DNA of 64,000 nt from an uncultured bacterium. Lineage in GTDB: Bacteria > SAR324 > NAC60-12. Below the pieces are notes generated by a model. The model searched no databases, had not been told where the DNA came from, and saw only the letters and a list, made by a program, of their open reading frames with translations. Within the stretch, counting starts at the first letter, position 1, and each line of letters opens with the position of its first letter. Location of the stretch: assembly GCA_964010765.1 (NCBI GenBank), contig CAXGMD010000004.1, positions 17,338 to 81,337 of the forward strand, in the 5' to 3' direction. Positions 9,199 to 19,821 of this stretch are shown piece after piece. The position numbers were made by a program, and so were the translations under genes.

Positions 9199-10251
9199 GT
9201 GTTTAGCAATATTCTGCTAATTCGCTTTAGTTCATTGGGAGATTTGGTGTTGACGACTCCAATCTATCGTGAACTCCGCAAAGTATATCCTGACTCCCGA
9301 TTAACCCTTCTAACCTCAGAGGGATTTGGTCGAGTCCTGGAAAATAATCCACATCTTGACGAAATCATCTACCATCATCGAAAAGAGACCCGTAACGATC
9401 TAAAAGAACTTATAAATCAACTTCGTCTGCAAAAATTCGATCTAATCTATGATATCCACAACTCTTTGCGAAGTCGTTGGATTGGTTGGCAACTGAAGCG
9501 TCATGCTCCAAAACCAGAACATTGGTTGATTGAGAAGCGAACGCTTGCTCGTGAACTTCAAATTAGATTTCGCTGGGGGCAGTTTTTCAACGGAAAATCA
9601 CAACGGGAACAGTGGCTTGAACCGTTACAACGCCATCACACTGGTACGCTGTCAACCAAGACAGAATTGTTTCCTAGCGTAGCAGATAAAAACTATGTTA
9701 AGGCTTGGCTGAACCAAAACGATTTGCAGGACAAGCCATTTATCTGCATTGGTGCTTCGGCCTCTTTTCCTCTCAAATGCTGGCCCTTACAGAATTTTAA
9801 GCAACTGGTTGAGAATATAATTCAGTCAGGAGTTTCAGTAGTATTGGTCGGTGCCAATGGGGAAATTGAAACAGAAGAATTGGCAGAGTATTTTAGGGGT
9901 TCCCAAAATGTTTTCTGCGCTGCAGGGATTTTTACTATTCTCCAATCAGCAGCACTTCTTGAAATGGCCAATGCAGTGGTTGCTAACGACACTTCTATAA
10001 TCCATCTTGCAGAAGCAATGAGGACGCCCTCTATCGCCCTATTTGGCCCTACCGTGAAAGAATTTGGTTACGCTCCCATGTTAGCACAAAGCAGGTTAAT
10101 CGAGACTGATTTGGCATTGCGCTGTCGTCCATGTTCCAGAACCGGGAAAGGCACATGTAAGAACAGAGAACAGCAAATCTGTATGTATTCCATTTCAACT
10201 CAGAAAGTCTGGGATGCTGCTCAGTTACTGTTGCCAAAGGTAAGAGAGTAG
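9199..10251 (+). CDS. glycosyltransferase family 9 (ADP-heptose:LPS heptosyltransferase, RfaF/WaaC-like); GTG start
   Basis: N-terminal IRFSSLGDLVLTTP motif typical of GT9 heptosyltransferases; 350 aa. Confidence 0.75.
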   Translation: MFSNILLIRFSSLGDLVLTTPIYRELRKVYPDSRLTLLTSEGFGRVLENNPHLDEIIYHHRKETRNDLKELINQLRLQKFDLIYDIHNSLRSRWIGWQLKRHAPKPEHWLIEKRTLARELQIRFRWGQFFNGKSQREQWLEPLQRHHTGTLSTKTELFPSVADKNYVKAWLNQNDLQDKPFICIGASASFPLKCWPLQNFKQLVENIIQSGVSVVLVGANGEIETEELAEYFRGSQNVFCAAGIFTILQSAALLEMANAVVANDTSIIHLAEAMRTPSIALFGPTVKEFGYAPMLAQSRLIETDLALRCRPCSRTGKGTCKNREQQICMYSISTQKVWDAAQLLLPKVRE

Positions 10252-10267
10252 TTCATGCTAATCTCTT

Positions 10268-11470
10268 TTGTTCATGACAATCTTACTACCTTTAAGTTTA
10301 AGATATTTATCAAAAATGTATCGTAAATTTATACTTAGAAAAATCAGTTGGATCTTATTACTAATTCTTTTGTCAGCATGCTCTGAGAAAACAAGCCTTC
10401 AGATTCTTCGGCCAGCTGAAATTGATACTTCAGATATTCAACGAATTGCCATCGGTATTTTTGAGGTTGGAGTTATTCAAGAAGATTTTGTTACGGAAAG
10501 AGGGGGGAATTGGTCGAAAAAATCAGCAAATCTGAATAGCGAAGAACGACAAATCCTGTCAAGGAATATTCGAGCTCGCATTACCAATCAATTGACCAAA
10601 GTCCCTTTTTTTGAGGTTCTACTGACTGACGAGTTTTATAGTCTTGAGAATGATGCAGCTCTACAGCAAATGATCGCAACTCAAGGCTATGTAACTAAAG
10701 ATGTGGATGCGGTCCTGAGTGGGAAGATTTGGCTGACATCAGAGCGACTGGATGGAGTCGATCTTCAGAAAATTTCGTTGAAATATTTTACACCTGCTAA
10801 TTCACGACAAAAAATTCCAGCAGAAAAATTAACTGTTCAACAACTAGTCTGGTGGCCCTATAAACAATTGAGTGGAAGTTTGATAGTGGAACTCAAGCTT
10901 GTGCGATTACAACCTACGGAAATTGTGGCTACGGATGTGGTGCACAGAAGATTTGCCCAGCGAGTGGGTGGAAGTCCAGGTGGAATTGTGGACCAAGCTG
11001 AAGAAGGAATGAGCTCACCCCAGGACTTTCTGGAAGATCAAGGTGATGATCAGTCCGTTACAAGAACTTCAGAGGTTTTGCCGCCATTATCTGTAATGGT
11101 GGGAGAAATGGTAGCTTCAGTGGGGGCTGATTTCGTGAGACGAGTTTCTGTAAGCCAATCAACAGTGGAATATCCTGTCGCTGAAGACGGCGATGAACAA
11201 GCCCGACTTTTGATACTAGGGGGGGCATATGAGTCTGCTTTGCAGAGGCTTCAGGGGCAGACAGCTAATGATCCAAATTCAGAAGATCTCTACAATCTTG
11301 GTCTTTGTTTTGAGGCTCTTGGCGATTATGGATTAGCGCTTCTCAATTATCGTGCGGCTCACCAAATAGATCAAACAAACCTAATTTATGCCAAAGGAAT
11401 TGGCAGAATCGAAAATTTACAGCGCCAATTTCCACAACTTCGTTCACAAATTCAGAGTAGAAAGCTTTAA
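10268..11470 (+). CDS. lipoprotein, paralogue A (TPR-like C-terminal motif); probable start at the Met at 10316
   Basis: Lipobox LLSAC. The C-terminus LILGGAYESALQRLQG...DLYNLGLCFEALGDYGLAL is shared with the next gene. Confidence 0.5.
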   Translation: MFMTILLPLSLRYLSKMYRKFILRKISWILLLILLSACSEKTSLQILRPAEIDTSDIQRIAIGIFEVGVIQEDFVTERGGNWSKKSANLNSEERQILSRNIRARITNQLTKVPFFEVLLTDEFYSLENDAALQQMIATQGYVTKDVDAVLSGKIWLTSERLDGVDLQKISLKYFTPANSRQKIPAEKLTVQQLVWWPYKQLSGSLIVELKLVRLQPTEIVATDVVHRRFAQRVGGSPGGIVDQAEEGMSSPQDFLEDQGDDQSVTRTSEVLPPLSVMVGEMVASVGADFVRRVSVSQSTVEYPVAEDGDEQARLLILGGAYESALQRLQGQTANDPNSEDLYNLGLCFEALGDYGLALLNYRAAHQIDQTNLIYAKGIGRIENLQRQFPQLRSQIQSRKL

Positions 11471-12670
11471 TTGAGTTCTGGGATGATCCGTTCAAACTTA
11501 TTACTAATTTTACTTTTAATGTTTTTTGCTGCAGGCCAGATGTCCTGTTCCTTTTTTAGTCAGAGTCTACAAATTGAGTTTGTGGTTGCCAAAACTCCAA
11601 AATTTGAACTCAATGAAGTAGATGCACTGGAAGTGGGTCCTTTCAAAGGTCAACCGCTAGTAAAAATATCGTTACCAGTGGAGGCAGAAGGTTCATCACA
11701 TTTATCTCCTAGTGTTCTCTCCTTCGAAGCTGATCCATCAAGTGAACAAGTAGCTGAGCTTTTTCGATTACAAGTCATCAAAAATTTCTCTAAAAATTCC
11801 TCTCTGAGATTGTTGAATACTAGCGAAGACGTGAAAGGCTACGCTGGTGTCATTCCTGACCCAAATCGAGTGGCGGTCATCTCTGCATTGGTCCGTTACT
11901 CACAGATTCGAAAGGAAAGCAAAGAGTCTGTTCCCTATTTCGTAACAGTTTTCAATGAGGCCCTCCCGATTGAACAACAGCTTTTGGCCCGTGGCGCTGT
12001 CTTCGGTGCGGAAAGACTTGGCGGTGGGATTGAGGAGAATACCCCTTATGTTGAATTGATGGGGGCCCTTGAAGTTCGTATTAGTCTCAATCGTCAGAGC
12101 AGTGGAGCAGAACTTATTCCTCCTCAAACTTTACAGGCCTTTTATGTTCGGAAATGGGGTGGAAAAAGTGAAACGTCCCACTTGCCCGATAACGTGAGAC
12201 TTTGGATTACTAAAAACTTTCAGGAGGATGAAAATCTGACTGAACGATTCTTAAGCGAAGCTGACAAGACTAGGATGATTACGGAGAACTACGAGCAATA
12301 CCTGGCACAGGGATACAACCTTAGGCGTGATAGCAGGGTCCCTCTATCCAATCTGGATCTGCAATATCGGCTGACTGAACAAATTGCTAGGGAATATGTT
12401 TCCCAAGTTGTCCCCACTTTTAGAAAAGCTGACATGAGTATTGATGGCGATGGGGACGAAGTCGGCATTACCTTGCTTCAGGGAAATGCGTACGAGGAGG
12501 CAATCACTTACTTACAGGGACGCAAAGATCGTACAGCATCTGATGATTACAACTTAGGTTTGGCGTATGAAGCACTTGGAAAAAGACAACAGGCCAGAGC
12601 ATTTTATGAGTCAGCGAATCGTCGGGACAGCGAAGACCTTTATGAGGAGGCATTGAATCGAGTCAAGTAG
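11471..12670 (+). CDS. lipoprotein, paralogue B (TPR-like C-terminal motif)
   Basis: Signal/lipobox-like N-terminus (…AGQMSCSFF). The C-terminus ITLLQGNAYEEAITYLQG...DDYNLGLAYEALG is homologous to the previous gene. The start codon abuts the previous stop. Confidence 0.5.
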   Translation: MSSGMIRSNLLLILLLMFFAAGQMSCSFFSQSLQIEFVVAKTPKFELNEVDALEVGPFKGQPLVKISLPVEAEGSSHLSPSVLSFEADPSSEQVAELFRLQVIKNFSKNSSLRLLNTSEDVKGYAGVIPDPNRVAVISALVRYSQIRKESKESVPYFVTVFNEALPIEQQLLARGAVFGAERLGGGIEENTPYVELMGALEVRISLNRQSSGAELIPPQTLQAFYVRKWGGKSETSHLPDNVRLWITKNFQEDENLTERFLSEADKTRMITENYEQYLAQGYNLRRDSRVPLSNLDLQYRLTEQIAREYVSQVVPTFRKADMSIDGDGDEVGITLLQGNAYEEAITYLQGRKDRTASDDYNLGLAYEALGKRQQARAFYESANRRDSEDLYEEALNRVK

Positions 12671-12856
12671 TGCAATTCTTAAAAGACTTGCAAGTCCTGT
12701 GTGCTTTCTGAGAATCTTCCAAGGTTCAAGTGATGGTTATTCCACTTGTCTTCGGAACAAAACCTAGAGTTTCATTCCAATACCTGCCTGCCTCACTGAA
12801 TCAACACTGATTTAAAATCCACTCCAAAATCAAAGCTGAGTAGCTAGGGCCGAATT

Positions 12857-15800
12857 ATGCCTCGAAGAAACGATATCTCCTCCATCCTGCTGATTGGCTC
12901 CGGCCCTATCGTGATTGGTCAAGCCTGTGAGTTTGACTACAGTGGCACACAGGCCTGCAAAGCCCTCAAGGAAGAAGGATTTCGGGTGATCTTGGTCAAC
13001 AGCAATCCGGCTACAATCATGACCGATCCCGGGCTTGTTGATGCAACTTACATTGAGCCAATCCGGTTGCCTGTCTTGGAGCGAATCATCTCGCAAGAAC
13101 GCCCAGACGCCCTTTTGCCAACAATGGGTGGACAGACAGCTTTGAACATGGCTATGAAGTTGGATGAAGCGGGAATTCTTAAAAAATACGAGGTGGAATT
13201 AATTGGTGCGGATATAGAGGCTATCCAAAAGGCGGAGAATCGCGAACTCTTCAGGGCTTCTATGGAAAAACTTGGTATTCCAATGCCAATGAGTCGTGTT
13301 GTTCATTCTGTCGCAGAAGCTTTGGATGTTGCAGAGCAGATTGAGTATCCATTGATTATAAGACCCTCTTTCACTCTAGGGGGAGAAGGTGGTGGAGTAG
13401 CAACTGATCAGGAGGAACTGATTCAGATTGCGACTAATGGATTGTCGGCCTCCCCTACGCAGGAAATTCTGGTTGAGCAGTCAATTCTCGGTTGGAAAGA
13501 ATTCGAGATGGAGGTCATGAGAGACCATAGCGACAACTGCGTCATTATCTGCTCAATTGAAAATTTTGATCCGATGGGTGTTCACACTGGGGATAGTATC
13601 ACGGTTGCTCCTTCACAGACTCTCACTGATGTTGAATACCAGCAACTCCGTGACATGTCTTTTCAGATCATGCGTGAGATTGGAGTTGATACTGGCGGTT
13701 CAAATGTACAGTTTGCAGTCAATCCAAGAGATGGCCAGGTTATGGTCATTGAGATGAACCCTCGAGTATCCAGAAGTTCTGCACTTGCCTCCAAAGCGAC
13801 AGGGTTCCCGATTGCCAAGATTGCTGCCAAACTGGCAGTGGGCTACACTTTGGACGAAATTCCCAATGATATCACCAAGAAAACTCCCGCTTCATTTGAA
13901 CCATCTATCGACTATGTAGTGACAAAAATTCCACGCTTTACCTTCGAAAAATTCCCTCTTTCAGATCCGCGTTTGGGAACCCAAATGAAATCCGTTGGCG
14001 AAGCCATGGCAATTGGTAGTACCTTCCGGGAATCATTACAGAAAGCACTTCGATCTTTGGAAACAGGCCATATTGGATTAGATCCACAAATTTATCCAAA
14101 AGATCGAGATCTTGATAAGGTATTTGAGGAAGAACTCTCACGCGTCACAAGCCAGCGCTTATGGTTTGTGGCCGATGCTCTGAGAGTTGGGTGGAATGTG
14201 GAGCGTCTACACCAAAAAACTTTCATTGACCCTTGGTTTCTAATGCAGATGCAGAGTTTGATTCAGGAAGAAATCAAAATAGCTCAGCAAAGCGTTGATC
14301 AAGTTACACGAACAGATTTACGGCGATGGAAGTCCTTGGGTTTTTCAGATGCCTTGCTGGCGAAAAAATTCCAAGTACCTGAAGCTGAGGTTGCTAAACT
14401 CAGAAGATCAATGGGATTGCGTCCCGTTTTCAAGATGGTAGACACTTGTGCGGCTGAATTTCCTTCGGAGACTCCGTATTTCTACTCTACCTATGCTCAG
14501 GAAAACGAATCCATCCCAACGGATCGGCCTAAGGTGTTGATTTTGGGAAGCGGCCCAAATCGGATTGGCCAGGGTATCGAGTTTGATTACTGTTGTGTCC
14601 ACGCTGCTCTGGCAGTTCGTGAATATGGATATGAAGCCATTATGTACAACTGTAATCCTGAAACGGTGAGTACAGATTATGACACCTCAGATCGACTTTA
14701 TTTTGAGCCCCTCACCTTCGAAGATGTCATGCATGTTATCGAACTCGAGAAGCCGATTGGGGTGATTGTGCAACTAGGGGGACAAACTCCATTAAAGCTG
14801 GCAAAGCCTTTACACGACGCAGGGGTAGAGTTACTAGGAACTGATTTTGAGAGCATTGACCGAGCAGAAAACCGTGAACTTTTTGCAGCAATGCTCAATA
14901 AGCTTGGACTGCAACAACCAGCCAATGGCACGGCCAGGTCGTTGGATGAAGCACGTGAAATAGCTGAACGTATCGGCTATCCAATTCTAGTTCGACCTTC
15001 ATATGTGTTGGGTGGAAGAGCTATGGTCGTCGTAGAGAGTGAGGATCGTCTGGAAGAATTTTTTACTGAAGCCATCAAAGTTTCACCAGATCATCCGGTC
15101 TTGATTGACCAATTCCTGAGCAATGCAGTTGAAATTGACGTTGATCTTTTGGGAGATGGAGAGAAAGCAGAAGTCGCCGGTATTATGGAACACATTGAAC
15201 GGGCAGGAATTCATTCCGGAGATAGTGCATGCTCATTTCCTCCATTTGGGCTTGAGCAAGATATCTTGGAAGAACTTTGCATACAGGCGAAATCCATGGC
15301 TCAAGAACTTAAGGTTTGCGGGCTCATGAATGTTCAATTCGCAGTCAAAGAGAAAGATGTTTACGTCATTGAGGTGAATCCACGTGCTTCTAGAACGGTT
15401 CCTTTTGTTAGCAAGGCAATTGGGGTTCCCCTTGCCAAGTATGCAACTAGATTGATGCTCGGAGAAAAGCTCTCTTCCCTTGGTTTTGAATATCATGCTC
15501 CCACAGAGTATGCGGTTAAGGAAACGGTCTTCCCATTCATGCGTTTTACAGGATCTGATACGACTCTGGGCCCAGAAATGCTCTCAACTGGTGAGGTAAT
15601 GGGCAGGGGAACTAACTTCGAGGAGGCGTTTTTAAAAGCACAAATGGCCGTTTTTGAGGACAGCTTAAACAGACCTTATGTGTTCATCGGGGTGATGGAC
15701 GAAGATAAGCCCAAGATGGTAATCGTGGCTAAGATGCTAGAAGAAATGGGTTACGAGATCCTATCCACTAGAGGAACCTTCCAAGTTTTAAAGGACCAAG

Positions 15801-16081
15801 GTGTGCAAAGAATCCAAATCACATCCATGGATGCTAGTGAGGAGGGGAATATCATCGAATACATTCTGAGGAAAGAAGTCGCATTGCTAATCAACACGAC
15901 TCGTCGCAGGAAAAGGACTGTTGGTGCTCGCCACATACGCCGACTTGTATTGGCATACAACCTTCCCTATTTCACAACTTCTGAAGCAGCAGTGCAATTC
16001 ACAAAATCACTCCATCAGTTAAAATCTTTGGAGAATTTGAGCTATCAGCCTCTTCCATTTCCTGTGGCCAAGGGTGCCTAG
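12857..16081 (+). CDS. carB: carbamoyl-phosphate synthase large subunit
   Basis: 1074 aa with two ATP-grasp halves, an oligomerisation domain and an MGS-like C-terminal domain. Unmistakable CarB sequence. Confidence 0.95.
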   Translation: MPRRNDISSILLIGSGPIVIGQACEFDYSGTQACKALKEEGFRVILVNSNPATIMTDPGLVDATYIEPIRLPVLERIISQERPDALLPTMGGQTALNMAMKLDEAGILKKYEVELIGADIEAIQKAENRELFRASMEKLGIPMPMSRVVHSVAEALDVAEQIEYPLIIRPSFTLGGEGGGVATDQEELIQIATNGLSASPTQEILVEQSILGWKEFEMEVMRDHSDNCVIICSIENFDPMGVHTGDSITVAPSQTLTDVEYQQLRDMSFQIMREIGVDTGGSNVQFAVNPRDGQVMVIEMNPRVSRSSALASKATGFPIAKIAAKLAVGYTLDEIPNDITKKTPASFEPSIDYVVTKIPRFTFEKFPLSDPRLGTQMKSVGEAMAIGSTFRESLQKALRSLETGHIGLDPQIYPKDRDLDKVFEEELSRVTSQRLWFVADALRVGWNVERLHQKTFIDPWFLMQMQSLIQEEIKIAQQSVDQVTRTDLRRWKSLGFSDALLAKKFQVPEAEVAKLRRSMGLRPVFKMVDTCAAEFPSETPYFYSTYAQENESIPTDRPKVLILGSGPNRIGQGIEFDYCCVHAALAVREYGYEAIMYNCNPETVSTDYDTSDRLYFEPLTFEDVMHVIELEKPIGVIVQLGGQTPLKLAKPLHDAGVELLGTDFESIDRAENRELFAAMLNKLGLQQPANGTARSLDEAREIAERIGYPILVRPSYVLGGRAMVVVESEDRLEEFFTEAIKVSPDHPVLIDQFLSNAVEIDVDLLGDGEKAEVAGIMEHIERAGIHSGDSACSFPPFGLEQDILEELCIQAKSMAQELKVCGLMNVQFAVKEKDVYVIEVNPRASRTVPFVSKAIGVPLAKYATRLMLGEKLSSLGFEYHAPTEYAVKETVFPFMRFTGSDTTLGPEMLSTGEVMGRGTNFEEAFLKAQMAVFEDSLNRPYVFIGVMDEDKPKMVIVAKMLEEMGYEILSTRGTFQVLKDQGVQRIQITSMDASEEGNIIEYILRKEVALLINTTRRRKRTVGARHIRRLVLAYNLPYFTTSEAAVQFTKSLHQLKSLENLSYQPLPFPVAKGA

Positions 16082-16084
16082 AAA

Positions 16085-17335
16085 TTATTCCTGCGTTTCG
16101 CCTTCACTTAGACCCATTCCCATTGAATTACAGGCTCTAAGGAGCCTAGCCTGCATAGGTGCATAGGACTCGTCAACAGTCATAGCGGCGTCAGCAGCAT
16201 CTTTCCCTGCTTGCAATAGCTTTTTCAATCCCTCCTTGTCAAGCCGCATGATTTGGCGGTTGATGTAACCGTAGTAGGTGAGATTTGCAAACTCAGCTAG
16301 AGCAGGAAGATCCTGCTTTTTGGGCATGGATTGGGAAACAGTTTTCATTGATCTTCGGTACGCAACGACTGCGGCATTGAAAGCCGGAGCAACAAAAGGT
16401 CGAGCTTGATCGTCCCCGGCTTCCATGCGCATGATGTGATAACGCACCATCTGCTGATTGAGGCGACCAATCATTACCCATGGATAGGGGATTTTGTCTT
16501 CAATTTCCTTCATTTTTTCTGCGAGCGACAAGCCCGCGCTATTCATCATGGGAATGAGCTTAATCATGTCAATAGAGTGCATGATTTTGGTGGTGACAAT
16601 TCCCTGAACTTGTTCAACGTTGATGTCTGAGCCTTCTGAACCAAACATGCCACCACCACCACCCTTGCCTAGTGCCAAATCCAGTTCGTATTTACTGAGA
16701 GACACTCCCATTTTATTTTGAAGCGTGACATTGGCTTCACTAATTTTTTCTAGAAGACCTTCACAAATTTTAATTTCCATCATCATTCCAGCTCGGTTTC
16801 CTACTCCCGAGTCTTCCATGTCATCTTCGTTTACCTCGATCCCACTGAGATTTACCCCTTTCAAGACACTGGATTGAATGGCCATCATCTTTTCTTTATG
16901 AATCTGGAGTATCCGTTCCAAGTAAAGCTTAAAGACCCTCAGAAGCATTTGTACCGCAGGGCCTGTTACCTCGCCCCAATAAAACGGCAAACAAGAATGG
17001 ATCAGGAGAGCTCTTGCTACCTCCAATTGAGGTCTGCCTTCCATTTGCAGTGCACGTCCAACCAATTGCATTCGAATTGCTTGATTTTTTGGGTCTCCCG
17101 ACAATTGAGAGACCAGTTTGTTGATCTCCTTGTCTCCACGTAGAAAAGCAATTTCGAGGATGTCGGTTCCTGTGGCCGGGGTAACCTCTCTCGTTTTTTT
17201 TCCAAGTCCTAATTTTGCAAAAAATCCCTTACCTTCCATTGCCAGGACTTCCTTAGCCAATTCTTCCAGTTCTTGTTGAAACTTGAGAAGGTTGACATTG
17301 GGAGTGTCTTTGTTCTCATTAGGTTGTTTTGCCAT
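16085..17335 (-). CDS. hypothetical protein (416 aa), no recognisable family; Gly-rich segment GKGGGGGMFGSEGSD
   Basis: Long clean ORF, convergent with carB (3-nt spacer) and divergent from the FliN-like gene. Confidence 0.45.
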   Translation of the reverse strand: MAKQPNENKDTPNVNLLKFQQELEELAKEVLAMEGKGFFAKLGLGKKTREVTPATGTDILEIAFLRGDKEINKLVSQLSGDPKNQAIRMQLVGRALQMEGRPQLEVARALLIHSCLPFYWGEVTGPAVQMLLRVFKLYLERILQIHKEKMMAIQSSVLKGVNLSGIEVNEDDMEDSGVGNRAGMMMEIKICEGLLEKISEANVTLQNKMGVSLSKYELDLALGKGGGGGMFGSEGSDINVEQVQGIVTTKIMHSIDMIKLIPMMNSAGLSLAEKMKEIEDKIPYPWVMIGRLNQQMVRYHIMRMEAGDDQARPFVAPAFNAAVVAYRRSMKTVSQSMPKKQDLPALAEFANLTYYGYINRQIMRLDKEGLKKLLQAGKDAADAAMTVDESYAPMQARLLRACNSMGMGLSEGETQE

Positions 17336-17561
17336 AAAACCTTCTTTGACAAAAATGAATCAATATAATTTTTTGATACAGCAGACCCCGTCTGTGGGAA
17401 TGGTATTAATTAAAACTCTGATAATATAAAGTGTGTCATTATTGCACACTTTACAGAATTAAGAACCCTAAGAATTAATCATTGGAAGACTAGATTGACT
17501 AGGTTTGATCCATCACGTAAATTCTTTATATTCTATTTATTGCTGCTTGCCAAGAATTCCC

Positions 17562-17858
17562 ATGTCTTCGAATGATCTTCCTAACAAAGAACTCGGCCAC
17601 ACTATTGATTTTTTGAGCGATGTTCCCCAACGCTTGGTGGTAGAAATTTCTAGAAAACGCCTAGCTTTACGAGAAATTCTGAATTGGCGAAAGGAAACAG
17701 TGTTGTCATTTCCAAAATTGATTGGAGAACCTGTGGAAATTTTCATAGATAACCAAATCATCGCCAGAGGGGAGGTTGTTGTGATCAATGACCATTATGG
17801 TGTTCGTATTTCAGAAATTACCCATCCTACTGACAAACCAAGCCAGTCTCGGATCTGA
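17562..17858 (+). CDS. fliN: FliN/YscQ (SpoA-domain) family protein, solitary
   Basis: C-terminal ...LIGEPVEIFIDNQIIARGEVVVINDHYGVRISEI... matches the SpoA/FliN surface-presentation-of-antigens domain. The likely start is the Met at 17562. Confidence 0.6.
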   Translation: MSSNDLPNKELGHTIDFLSDVPQRLVVEISRKRLALREILNWRKETVLSFPKLIGEPVEIFIDNQIIARGEVVVINDHYGVRISEITHPTDKPSQSRI

Positions 17859-17958
17859 AAGACTTTTCTGAATTCAGGCAATTGACCAAATTTGTGTATT
17901 TCTTGAATTACACTAAGAAATTAAATCCCATCCAACGCTGACTGTTCAAACTAAGCCT

Positions 17959-19245
17959 ATGCCACTTCCCAAGCTTTTGAAATCCAGCTTTATTCTAATT
18001 ACCTTCTATATTTTGATTGGATTTCCGAGTCTGCTGAATGCGCAGAATCCCTCAGATCCAACTGTAGAGTCTATTGTTCTATCCAAGAATTGCCCGATTC
18101 CGGATGGTCCGGATTTAGTCATCAAATCACCAGAAATTGTTCTCAAATCAGTTGACGATCCATATTGTCCTAAGATCAATGATATTCAATTAGTTCAGGT
18201 CACAGTCCATAACCCTGGTGAAGAAGTTCGCAGTGTGGGCCTTGAGGTTTTGTTGACGTTAGACGGCAATCGATTGGATCAGTCCCAACGGCAAATCTTT
18301 ACAATACCACCTTACGAAACTTCTCGAATGCTTCATGATGTGGTACTTGAGGCTCCTGGTCGCTATCGTGTGGCGGCAAGAATCTGGGACACAGAATTTG
18401 AAAAACCAATTGCGGAATCAGATCAGGGTGTCAACCGACAATTTTACATTGCCACCCCAGACGATTTAGCCGCTGCTCAGGAACAGTTAGTCGTGATGGA
18501 GAGCAGTGGCAAAGCTCCAAGGCCTTCGCCACTTCAATTCGATCCACCCGATCTGCGCTGGGAGAGTGTCAGTGTATTGCCAGAACACCTACTACGTGGT
18601 GAGACGCTAAGGATGCGTCTGAACTTGGTGAATGTAGGTGGAGATGTTGTTCAAGATGTGCTTTGCAAGGTGGAATACTATAACGAAAGACAACCACGAA
18701 GACGAACTACTATTGCTAATCCCATTGCCGACGTAATTGCCCCCGGAGAGACCATAACCTTTGATCTCGAATATATTCCTCCGACCGACCAATTACTAGG
18801 CGAATACAAAATTGCTGTGACAGTGGATCCTGACGATCAGTTGAAGGAGTTGAAGGAAGACAACAACGCCATGGAGTCTGGCACTATCCGCCTTAGTGAT
18901 ATTCGATTGCTCCTCCCTTCGGATAGTTTTGTTTTCGATGAAAACGGATTATTTCTGTTTCAGTGGGACAGTTTAGTCTTTGCTGAATTCAAGATTCAGG
19001 TTGGGGTTGATGAAAAGTTTGAAGATCCTCGTCTTTATTTCGACCTGCCACAAGGAGATCGCTGGATAGCCGATAAAGAGTTGGTGCCACTGACAGGTGA
19101 ATTGCCAGGAATGGCAATGGGGCTTATGCAAACAAGTCAGAAGAATAAGCTCTTTTGGCGTGTCATAGGTCGAAATATCAGTGGTCAGCAGGCTATTTCA
19201 GACGTTCAAAGCTTCACAATAAAACCTACCTCCGACGCGTCCTAG
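17959..19245 (+). CDS. secreted protein with CARDB-like repeats
   Basis: Signal peptide plus two segments resembling CARDB domains (VTVHNPGEEVRSVGLEVLLTLDG, LNLVNVGGDVVQDVLCKVEY). Confidence 0.45.
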   Translation: MPLPKLLKSSFILITFYILIGFPSLLNAQNPSDPTVESIVLSKNCPIPDGPDLVIKSPEIVLKSVDDPYCPKINDIQLVQVTVHNPGEEVRSVGLEVLLTLDGNRLDQSQRQIFTIPPYETSRMLHDVVLEAPGRYRVAARIWDTEFEKPIAESDQGVNRQFYIATPDDLAAAQEQLVVMESSGKAPRPSPLQFDPPDLRWESVSVLPEHLLRGETLRMRLNLVNVGGDVVQDVLCKVEYYNERQPRRRTTIANPIADVIAPGETITFDLEYIPPTDQLLGEYKIAVTVDPDDQLKELKEDNNAMESGTIRLSDIRLLLPSDSFVFDENGLFLFQWDSLVFAEFKIQVGVDEKFEDPRLYFDLPQGDRWIADKELVPLTGELPGMAMGLMQTSQKNKLFWRVIGRNISGQQAISDVQSFTIKPTSDAS

Positions 19246-19254
19246 ATTGGAAAG

Positions 19255-19280
19255 CCAGCCTACCTGGCTGGTTCTAGTTA
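19255..19280 (+). terminator. putative intrinsic terminator after the CARDB gene
   Basis: ccagcc-tacct-ggctgg hairpin 10 nt after the stop codon, followed by a T-containing tract (ttctagttacgttgtttt). Confidence 0.3.
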
Positions 19281-19381
19281 CGTTGTTTTCCTCCCAAAGC
19301 CTTGCATTCCTTTTCCAAAGGCGTTACAAGCTTGTTTCCGCTGAGTTGGTCAGACAATAACCACTTTTCAGGGAGGGATCC

Positions 19382-19813
19382 ATGTTGAGTGTCCGTCAAA
19401 TGCTATCCGAAAAGGGCAGTGTAGTCGTCTCAATCACTCCAAATACCAGTGTGTTCGATGCACTGAAGGTCATGAGTGAGAACAATATAGGTGCGGTTTT
19501 GGTGATGGAAGATGAAGAACTACTCGGAATTTTTTCTGAGCGTGATTATGCGCGCAAGGTGATTCTGGTAGGCCGTTCTTCCAAAACGACAGAGGTTAAA
19601 GAATTGATGACCAGTAAGGTCTATTGCATTGATCCGTCACGAACCATTCAGGATGTGATGGAATTGATGAACGACCATAGATTCCGTCACGTCCCAGTAA
19701 TGGAGAACGAAAAAGTGATCGGTGTGTTGAGTTCAGGAGATGTGATGCGAGGTGTGGTTGCTGAACAGAAAAATACTATTGATAGTCTTGAGAGCTATCT
19801 TTTGAGGCAATAG
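19382..19813 (+). CDS. CBS-domain pair protein
   Basis: Two CBS motifs (…GAVLVMEDEELLGIFSERD… and …HVPVMENEKVIGVLSSGD…); 143 aa. Confidence 0.6.
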   Translation: MLSVRQMLSEKGSVVVSITPNTSVFDALKVMSENNIGAVLVMEDEELLGIFSERDYARKVILVGRSSKTTEVKELMTSKVYCIDPSRTIQDVMELMNDHRFRHVPVMENEKVIGVLSSGDVMRGVVAEQKNTIDSLESYLLRQ

Positions 19814-19821
19814 CGGATTGG

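Noticed and set aside
12830-13096. 88-aa ORF on the - strand at the carB start
   Set aside because: It overlaps the conserved carB N-terminus antisense and has no features.
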